Part shown: positions 9,536 to 17,700 of the stretch, piece after piece | Position numbering within the stretch: the stretch's first letter is position 1 | Layout: every line of letters starts with the position of its first letter | Assembly: GCA_029261695.1 (NCBI GenBank) | Contig: JAJDAV010000066.1 | Span: 1 to 58,038, forward strand | DNA length: 58,038 nucleotides | Source: Nitrospinaceae bacterium | GTDB lineage: Bacteria > Nitrospinota > Nitrospinia > Nitrospinales > VA-1 | Reading direction: 5' to 3' | The notes under the pieces: generated by a model | The model's database searches: none | Told to the model about the DNA's origin: nothing | Seen by the model: the letters and a program-made list of their open reading frames with translations, nothing else | Position numbers and translations under genes: made by a program

Positions 9536-10543
9536 TCACGAGCCCCAAAGCTCTTTCATCCAAATAAACCGTTCCCACCATTGGCGATTGTTTTTATAAA
9601 ACTCCACCGTTTTTTCTAATCCTTCATCCAAGCCTACTTGTGTTTTCCAATCGAGCAACTCATAGGATTTTTGAACTGATGAAATATGTCTCGAAACCTG
9701 GCCTGGACGATCTTCGGTGTAATTGAGTAAGCTATCCGGTTTCCCCAGCTTTTCTAAAACTTTTCGTCCAATATCAATAACTCGTGTATCGCTGCCTGTT
9801 CCAAGGTTTATAACCTGGCCCAATACCTTTTCTCTTTCCACATGCAAAATTTTATCCAGCGCCCTGCAAGTATCCTCGACATACATCCAGTCACGAGAAC
9901 TATCGCCACCGCCATGAATTGTTAGAGGCTTATCCTGTAACGCGCTTACTATAAAATTGGGAATGGCTTTTTCCAGATGCTGACAGGGACCGTAATTATT
10001 AAAAGGGCGAACAATAACCGCTGGCAAATCGTACGTTTTCATATAGGAATAAATCAATCTATCCGCACCCGCCTTTGCCGCAGCGTAAGGGCTCATCGGA
10101 TTCAATGGGTGCTCTTCATCCATTGGATCAGCTAAAGCTGTCCCATAAACTTCAGAGGATGAAATATGGACAAACAATTCTACAGGATTATTTACCGCAG
10201 CATTGGCAACCACCTGTGTGCCAATAACATCTGTTTCAAAAAATATTGCATTGTCATAAATCGAACGAGTGACGTGAGACTCTGCCGCAAAGTGAACAAC
10301 AATATCTGCCTCAGCAACCAGTTTACCGACAATATCGGGGTGGGTGATGTTGCCGTGGAAAAATTCAAAATGGCTGTTGGATTTTAATGCAGAAGAAATA
10401 TTATCCAGATTTCCTGCATACGTTAGCGCATCAAGAAGAAGAATTTTGTAATCGGGGTAACAGCGGTGAATATAATTGATGAAATTACTGCCAATAAATC
10501 CTGCGCCGCCAGTAATCAATAATTTTTTCTTAAACTCGCTCAT
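9536..10543 (-). CDS. rfbB: dTDP-glucose 4,6-dehydratase (extended SDR)
   Basis: Rossmann motif GGAGFIGSNF and catalytic YAAAKAGAD (YxxxK). ATG 10543 is preceded by GGGAAAG. The track start at 10555 is a TTG four codons upstream. Confidence 0.9.
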   Translation of the reverse strand: MSEFKKKLLITGGAGFIGSNFINYIHRCYPDYKILLLDALTYAGNLDNISSALKSNSHFEFFHGNITHPDIVGKLVAEADIVVHFAAESHVTRSIYDNAIFFETDVIGTQVVANAAVNNPVELFVHISSSEVYGTALADPMDEEHPLNPMSPYAAAKAGADRLIYSYMKTYDLPAVIVRPFNNYGPCQHLEKAIPNFIVSALQDKPLTIHGGGDSSRDWMYVEDTCRALDKILHVEREKVLGQVINLGTGSDTRVIDIGRKVLEKLGKPDSLLNYTEDRPGQVSRHISSVQKSYELLDWKTQVGLDEGLEKTVEFYKNNRQWWERFIWMKELWGS

Positions 10544-10780
10544 TTTCTTTCCCAAGTTGGAACTTTCGCCCCTTATCTATGGATAATTTCAGTCCATCTT
10601 TATCTGGGCTCATTGTCTGTGGCGACTCGCCACCATTATATCAAGGGTCCAATCTTTCTTTACGGGAAAATCGGGGAAATCCTTTAATTATAAGAAGAAA
10701 GAGGCTGTGGAAAGTGTAGGAAAAGGGGTAAAAACAGCCCCAATCGCAAAATTTATAGATTCCAGATAGGAAAGGAAATC

Positions 10781-11443
10781 TTAAATCATGCTGACAAGTT
10801 TATTGATGGTTTTTTCGATGCCTTCCGCCACTTCGGAAATACTTTTCCCAACCATATAGGCAGGAGTGGATACAATTTTATTCTTTTCGTCCAAAACAAA
10901 GTCGGATGCCGTGCATTCTTGATGTTGACTGCCCATTGCCTCAATCATACTAATACCCTCCTTATCGTTACCTATAGTCAAAGTGGGTTTGGACTCCTGG
11001 CTTTCATAAATTTTAGCCATCATTGCCGGGGCAATACATAAAACAGCTTGTGGTTTTTGTTTTGCGGCAAACTCTTTGACCAATCGCATAACATCAGGGT
11101 GCACATCGCATTCATCGCCTTTTTCCGCAAAACTTGAAAGATTTTTTGCCGCACCAAATCCACCAGGAAATACCAATGCATCAATGTCATCCGCTTTAAT
11201 CGCATTAATATCCCTTATCTCTCCTCGGGCAATGCGAGCCGATTCCACCAGCACGTTGCGTTTCTCTCCCACCATTTCTTGCCCATTATGATGGTTGATC
11301 ACATCCGTCTGATCGATATCGGGGGCCATGCATACGGCTTTAGCCCCTGCTCGATCAATAGCTAAAAGAGTTAAAACGGATTCATGAATCTCTGCCCCGT
11401 CATAAACGCCACATCCTGAAAGAACAACACCAATTTTTTTCAT
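10781..11443 (-). CDS. elbB: ElbB-type DJ-1/PfpI family protein (isoprenoid biosynthesis glyoxalase ElbB)
   Basis: N-terminus MKKIGVVLSGCGVYDGAEIHESVLTLLAIDRAG and the internal CIAP nucleophile-elbow region are typical of ElbB. Confidence 0.85.
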   Translation of the reverse strand: MKKIGVVLSGCGVYDGAEIHESVLTLLAIDRAGAKAVCMAPDIDQTDVINHHNGQEMVGEKRNVLVESARIARGEIRDINAIKADDIDALVFPGGFGAAKNLSSFAEKGDECDVHPDVMRLVKEFAAKQKPQAVLCIAPAMMAKIYESQESKPTLTIGNDKEGISMIEAMGSQHQECTASDFVLDEKNKIVSTPAYMVGKSISEVAEGIEKTINKLVSMI

Positions 11444-11567
11444 AGCTATTTCCCTTCTGAATCTAAGAACCCAAATTGGGGATTGATTTTAATTTGATTT
11501 TTCCAGCCGATTCTACCACCCCCTGAAAGAGGAGGCAATGCTGATGGGTTTCGGCAAAGGCACCGCT

Positions 11568-13292
11568 TTACTTGCTTTTGCGGCCAGTAGTTATAGGCAA
11601 GCGTCTATCCTTGCCAAAAGCCTTTGGAGTTATTTTCACTCCCGGTGGGCCTTGCCGACGTTTGTATTCGCTGGCATTTACCAATTTGGCCACTCTTTTA
11701 ACATCGGCCACCGACAAACCAGGAACCTTTATTTCTTCTACCGATTTATCTTCTTCAATGTATTGCAACAAAACTGGATCAAGCAAATCATAGGGAGGCA
11801 AAGAGTCCGTATCTTTTTGATCGGGGCGCAATTCCGCAGAAGGCTCTTTTGTAATAATGGATTCAGGAATAATTTCTTCTTTGTCATTGACCCAACGTGA
11901 AATTTTATAAACCCAGATTTTTGGAACATCTTTAATAACAGCAAACCCACCTGCCATATCGCCATAAAGAGTACAATAGCCAACACTGAACTCACTTTTA
12001 TTTCCCGTCGCCAAAACCATCCACCCCAATTTATTAGAAAGCGCCATAAGAAGATTCCCTCTAATTCTAGCTTGCAGATTTTCTTCTGCTAATCCGGAGT
12101 CGGTTCCCTTAAACACGTTGACGAGAGTTTGATCGTAGGCTTTCATGGCTTTTTCGATAGGAAGAGTTAAAGTTTCAATACCGAGATTCTTTGCCAAATT
12201 AAGGGAATCTTGGACGCTACCCTTAGAAGAATATGGCGATGGCATCAAAACTCCCACCACGTTTTGAGGTCCCAAAGCTTTGGCGGCAATGACTGCCGTC
12301 AACGCCGAATCGATGCCACCGCTCAAACCCAGCACCACTTTGGAAAATCCGTTTTTACAAATATAATCGCGAGTGCCCAAAACCAACGCCGAGAAAATTT
12401 CTTCAACCTCAGATTTTTCGGTGTAAACAGGAGTCTTTAATGAAGGATATTTTTTATTTTTAAATATGTCCGCCGGCAAGCGATAAGAACGAATATTAGA
12501 TTTAGAAGATATTTTTTTCTTCGGTTTCGGGGTTAAAACAATGTCAGAAACTATAAGTTCTTCTGCAAAAGAGTTCCCCTGCGCTACGATTTTCCCATCG
12601 GGCTTTACCATTAGGCTTTGCCCATCGAATACCAACTCATCTTGACCACCCACAAGGTTGACATAGGCAATATGCGAACGATAACTACGCGCACGTTGCT
12701 GAATCATCTTTCTTCGAGCGCTCCCCTTGCCTTTATGAAAAGGAGAAGAGGAAATATTTAAAAGCAAATCCACCCCCCCCTGACCACATAGAATTTTACC
12801 CGGCCCTGACTCTTCCCATATATCTTCACAAATTGTAATACCTAGAGTTGCGCCCTTTAATGCGAATCGAACAGGAGAGTCTCCTTCATGGAAATACCTT
12901 TTCTCATCAAACACTCCATAATTAGGAAGAAGCATTTTTCGACAAGTGCCCACATGCTTGCCATTGCAAAGTAAGGCAGCCGAATTATAAATCCCTCGCC
13001 CTTTTTTTTCTGCGTATCCAACAATGGCTGTCAGGCCTTTGGAATACGGTACAATTTTATCCAAAGCCTTTTGGCTTTGATCCAAGAAACTTTCTTTGAG
13101 CAGCAAATCTTCTGGAGGATAACCTGCAACCGCCAATTCAGGAAAAAGAACAACATCGGCACCTATTTTCTTAGCTAGCTTTAATTGTTTTTGTATCTTG
13201 TCGGTATTGTATTTAAAATCGCCCACAATCAAATTCATTTGGGCGAGGGCAATTCGCAAGACCTTCGATGTTTTCTTTTTACTTACAGGCAT
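11568..13292 (-). CDS. nadE: Glutamine-dependent NAD+ synthetase (CN-hydrolase domain plus NAD synthetase domain)
   Basis: N-terminal nitrilase-type motifs FPELAVAGYPPEDL and ICEDIWE. C-terminal PP-loop GLSGGIDSA. 574 aa, typical of the fused form. Confidence 0.93.
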   Translation of the reverse strand: MPVSKKKTSKVLRIALAQMNLIVGDFKYNTDKIQKQLKLAKKIGADVVLFPELAVAGYPPEDLLLKESFLDQSQKALDKIVPYSKGLTAIVGYAEKKGRGIYNSAALLCNGKHVGTCRKMLLPNYGVFDEKRYFHEGDSPVRFALKGATLGITICEDIWEESGPGKILCGQGGVDLLLNISSSPFHKGKGSARRKMIQQRARSYRSHIAYVNLVGGQDELVFDGQSLMVKPDGKIVAQGNSFAEELIVSDIVLTPKPKKKISSKSNIRSYRLPADIFKNKKYPSLKTPVYTEKSEVEEIFSALVLGTRDYICKNGFSKVVLGLSGGIDSALTAVIAAKALGPQNVVGVLMPSPYSSKGSVQDSLNLAKNLGIETLTLPIEKAMKAYDQTLVNVFKGTDSGLAEENLQARIRGNLLMALSNKLGWMVLATGNKSEFSVGYCTLYGDMAGGFAVIKDVPKIWVYKISRWVNDKEEIIPESIITKEPSAELRPDQKDTDSLPPYDLLDPVLLQYIEEDKSVEEIKVPGLSVADVKRVAKLVNASEYKRRQGPPGVKITPKAFGKDRRLPITTGRKSK

Positions 13293-13422
13293 TTTTTATT
13301 TTATTCTTGGAATAATTAAATGTGCATTTTGCTTTCAGGATTATACTACAATAGATATAATTCCCGATTACCTGAGACAGATAATAATATTATTAAAAAT
13401 TACTTTCCCGATTTACTGAAAA

Positions 13423-13863
13423 ATGACTGAACCAAATCAAGCAGAAGAGAGCATCAAACATTCGATCCGAAAAAATGGATTCCCTGAGAAAATCGTCAGG
13501 CTCCCCTTCAAACCTGTTTATGACGCCTGCAAAAATCATGAGACGAATTTGTCAGATGTATTGGACAATTTACAGGAGCAACAAATTTTCGGGAAAATTA
13601 TTGGCAACCACGTTGAGTTTCGATCTCGAGAAAAAATTGATTTCAAGCCACCCAGCGCTGACCCTTCCTCCAAAGATGATTTCTCCTGGGTAAAAGGAGC
13701 TGCTGGCAATATAAAAGGATTTCAGGAAGCCGCCCAAGAAGCTATGGGAAAAATGACCCCAGAGCAAATGCAGGAAATCCGCAAGTCCATTGAATCCATG
13801 AACGATGAGGAAAAACAAAATATTTTGAAAATGTTTTCCCAGCGTTTTGATCCCACAAAATAA
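13423..13863 (+). CDS. Hypothetical protein (146 aa), no recognisable motifs
   Basis: ATG-initiated ORF filling the gap. Diverges from nadE across a 130-nt AT-rich spacer. Hydrophilic with a helical, acidic C-terminal half. Confidence 0.55.
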   Translation: MTEPNQAEESIKHSIRKNGFPEKIVRLPFKPVYDACKNHETNLSDVLDNLQEQQIFGKIIGNHVEFRSREKIDFKPPSADPSSKDDFSWVKGAAGNIKGFQEAAQEAMGKMTPEQMQEIRKSIESMNDEEKQNILKMFSQRFDPTK

Positions 13864-13895
13864 AAAAGTCACACCATTAATCAACGAGGCAATAA

Positions 13896-14747
13896 GTGTT
13901 AATCTTCTCTAAAGACATTGGTCAAAGAGACCACATTCATGAACTGGAAGACAAACTTCCAGATTTAAAGCTTTATATGGAATATCAAAGAAAACTGTTT
14001 CCATACACAGTAATAAGAGCAGGGTTGGACTTAGCTTACAAAGAGATTGACGACATGCTTAACTATGTCGACAACGATTATCGCCCGCCAGCAGATAGCA
14101 ATCGCCAGGAATATCCATCCGATGTAGACCAATGGTATCGACAGAGGTTTCCATGGTCATCCGCATTTTTAAAAATGGAGGACTTGCATTACACATTGGT
14201 AACTCTGGTTAAAGCAATGGATTCGTTTCGAACTCATGAAACGGCTAACAGCTATCATTGGACGGTTTTATACGATTCAGCACACAACATTATTCAAGTT
14301 TACAACAGCCTTATTCGTGAAAAACCCGACCAGTCGCGAGACATTCATCTTAGCAATGCGGTGGAGGTTGATTTTGACGACTTCATTAATAACTATTGGT
14401 TGAATCTCGATTTCATGATTTTTTCACAAGCCGATTTCCCACACAAACGGCATATGGAAAGAAAAGAAGCCATTGAAGAAGCTATCAAACAACGAATGAC
14501 AGAAGGAGAAGAACCAATGGCAGCACTTGAAGCCCTGACCCCAGAATTAAAACTCGAAGAAGCTACCTTGAAACTTTTAAGACGTGACCCGGTGGAAACC
14601 CGATTCTTGGAATTAACCAGCTCTCCTGAAACGGGGCAGCAATATGAAAGCCTCTATCAAAACAAACTAGAAACTCCAGAACACGGAAAAATCTCAGTCA
14701 TTGATGCAGATTATCTAAACAATCACGAAGCCTTCTCAAAAAAATGA
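13896..14747 (+). CDS. Hypothetical protein (up to 283 aa; start uncertain, GTG 13896 or ATG 13977)
   Basis: Long ORF with an ordinary, non-repetitive composition rich in W/Y/F/D. Its stop directly abuts the convergent tpsA stop (TGATCA). Confidence 0.55.
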   Translation: MLIFSKDIGQRDHIHELEDKLPDLKLYMEYQRKLFPYTVIRAGLDLAYKEIDDMLNYVDNDYRPPADSNRQEYPSDVDQWYRQRFPWSSAFLKMEDLHYTLVTLVKAMDSFRTHETANSYHWTVLYDSAHNIIQVYNSLIREKPDQSRDIHLSNAVEVDFDDFINNYWLNLDFMIFSQADFPHKRHMERKEAIEEAIKQRMTEGEEPMAALEALTPELKLEEATLKLLRRDPVETRFLELTSSPETGQQYESLYQNKLETPEHGKISVIDADYLNNHEAFSKK

Positions 14748-17700
14748 TCAAGGAAAGAAATTGAAGAAGTCCGCTTTACTCAGGCTAAATAAAGGTTTCG
14801 GCGGCTTGGAGTTTTTGGGTGTAGATTGATAAGAAGCCTTCTTCCTTCCAGAAATATCCTCAAAATAGTTAGATGAATTCTGCGGTGCTTTTCTAAAAGA
14901 AATATCAGCAACCTGTTCTTTTTCAAAAGTTGTTTTAGGTCGTCTGGAAAGGACTCTTCTTGATGATTTTTTTCTTTTCGCAATTTGTACATTCTCAACC
15001 CCTGTTCCCTCCCAAACATTTTCATAATTTTCCAATCCATCAAAATACACTGCGGTTTCTTCATCAATCTCCAGCAGTACTTTGGCCTCACTGAACATAT
15101 CTAAAGGAGGTAGCTCCGGGTTATTATCACGTGCACGGTCAATAGGTAAAAATGCAGGTTCAATATTCTCAAAAATGGTAAAGAACTGTATCGTCCTTTC
15201 ATCTGCCAGCGTCTTTAATGTTTTACCTGTATCCCCTACGGGTAAGTTTCCCGTATCGCGTCGAATGAATTTTACCGATCCTAAAAGAGCAACTGCGTTT
15301 TGTCGATTAGTGGCCGACCCAATAAAAGAGACCTGAATATCACCGGTCCCAGCATGGTTGATTTTGAATATGTCGATTGCATTCAATTCAAAAATATTTA
15401 CATCCCCTGATGTGGTGTTATCAATGTCAACAGATGCAAGGTTCGTTTCAATCGCATTCTCCAAGGTTCCAAATCCTGTCTCAACGTCTGCCACTAGTCG
15501 CCCGCCGATGCTGATATCCAAGGAGCTAGTGTCTCCATCACGAACACCACCACTTGTGGAAGTCAAAGTAACATCTGCATTTGTAGAGCTTGATGTTGTG
15601 AGTAAACCGAGAGTTATATCTTCATCTGCCGATAAAGCCAGAGTCCCAGTTCCCGCATCAAATGTTGTTCCTTCATTCATTGTTATAGCGCCACCCGTGC
15701 CGTTGTTATCCGAGTCGTTATCCGCCGCCACAATTATATTTCCAGAAGTGGTTGTGATATCTCCCGCTGCTGTAAAAATAATATCATCATCAGCCCGAAG
15801 GGTAGTGTTTCCTCCCGCTTCAATGGCTCCATTAACATTTAATGAATTATCCCCTCCTACCGTCACATTGAGATCACCTCCTACTGTCGAAGTTCCCAGT
15901 GTAAATGCGTTGTTACTGACAACTGTTGCGTTGCTGGTCCCCGTTGTGTTGAAGCTCGCCGTACCTGTTACCGTTAATATACCTGCCCCTGCGATTACTG
16001 CATCCGAGTTTACGGTCAAGGATCCTGTTGTTGCTACATCCACCCCAAAATCACCCCCCCCTGTTCCAGCGTTTATTGTTAGATCTCCCAATCCTGTTGA
16101 AGCCGCAGTCGCAAAATTGACTGCGCTTCCTGTGCTGGTTGCATTTAAAGTTAATGGAGTAGTAAAAGAGGTCACACCCCCTATCGTAATAGTTCCATTA
16201 GAACTATTACCTACCGTCAAGCTGGCAGCAGTTATTAAACCAAGTTCGGTATTTGAAATTGAAAAATCGCCCGCGCCCGAACCCAACCCAATAGTTCTAC
16301 CCGATTTGGCAGCTAGAAGGGTTGTGCCCGCAGTACCGGATGAGATCGAACTACCAGCACCCAAAGCCAAATCATTTGTGGTTATAGATAAAGTGTTATT
16401 TGTAGTACTCAACGTCTGGCTTGCAGCAAGCGTGAAATCACCACCTATATTAGTTTCCGCATCCGAATCTGAATTAAAACTGGTAGCACCTTGAGTGGTC
16501 ACCCCTGAAGACAAAATAATTCCGTTACTGGCATTCACTGCCAAGCCTTGGAAGTTGGAAGTCCCCGTATTAAAAGTAACGGAGCGGCCTGCCGAATTGG
16601 TAGCGTTTAAAGTTACATTGGAGATGGTAGTGGTCACCCCTTCGACCGTAATATTGCCATTTGTACTATCACCAATAATGAGGCTACCTGCGGTAATTTT
16701 TGCGAATTCTGTAGAAGTCAGACTGAAGCCAAAACTTCCCGCGCACACGGCACCACATAAACCAATAGTCGTTCCTGCTACAGATGTTTGAATCGTTGTA
16801 GATGCAGTGCCGCTACTTAATGTAGTTCCGCCAATCGTCAGGCCATTCGATTTTATTACAATAGCTCCTGCCGCTGTAAAATTGTCATTAAGGTTTATTA
16901 CTCCAGCAGCCTCTAGATTTATTGCACCGGGGGCCGTAATACCGCCATTTGTCGCGTCCAATGTAATGGTCCCGCCCGAAGAGGTGAGCGATACGCCTGA
17001 AGCCAGAGCTAATCCATCACCTGTTTCGTTGGAGTTATTTGAATCCCCATCCAGAGCCAGATTGCCTACTGCGGTGATGCTGCTGTCAATATTCAGACCA
17101 TTGGACGCAGCCAGAGTCATAGCACCCAGCCCGGTAATACTTCCACCGCTTTGCCCGACAACCAGCTTACCAGTAAGGTTCACCGATGCCCCAGATTGAA
17201 CGGTAATGCTACTATTCACCAAATTAAGATCACCGGTAATCAAGGCTAGCTCAGCATTGCTAAGATTCATCCCTGAAAAACCAGAAGTAAATCCCAACCC
17301 AAGAGCTCCACTGTTTGAAACGCTGATGGTTGTTGCGCTGGTACCCACATTGATCGATCCCGTCAAACTCAAATCACTTGCGGTGAGAGAGAGAGCATTA
17401 TTAGTTGTAGATAATGCACCCGTAATTGTGGTGGAACCCGTACCGGAATTGAGACTCACCGTTCCATTTGCTGAAAGCCCCGCCATAGAAATGCCAGAGC
17501 TTGCCGTAAAACTAGCAGTGGTCACAGAAGACAACGAGTTTCCTACAGAAATACTTCCGGTAGAACTAAGGGTCAAAGCACCATTGTTAGCGGTAATTGT
17601 TGATCCCCCTAAAGTAATACTTGCCCCAGAAATATTCATCCCGCTCGCTAAAGAGAGGGATGTACCACCCTGCAAGTTGATGTTTCCAGATGCCGTCAGC

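Noticed and set aside
14748-15500. Reading the TpsA C-terminus as a contact-dependent inhibition (CdiA-CT) toxin with a downstream immunity gene.
   Set aside because: I saw no VENN-type demarcation motif. There is also no same-strand downstream ORF, because the adjacent gene is convergent and abuts the stop codon. The idea remains open only as a question about the unknown C-terminal domain.
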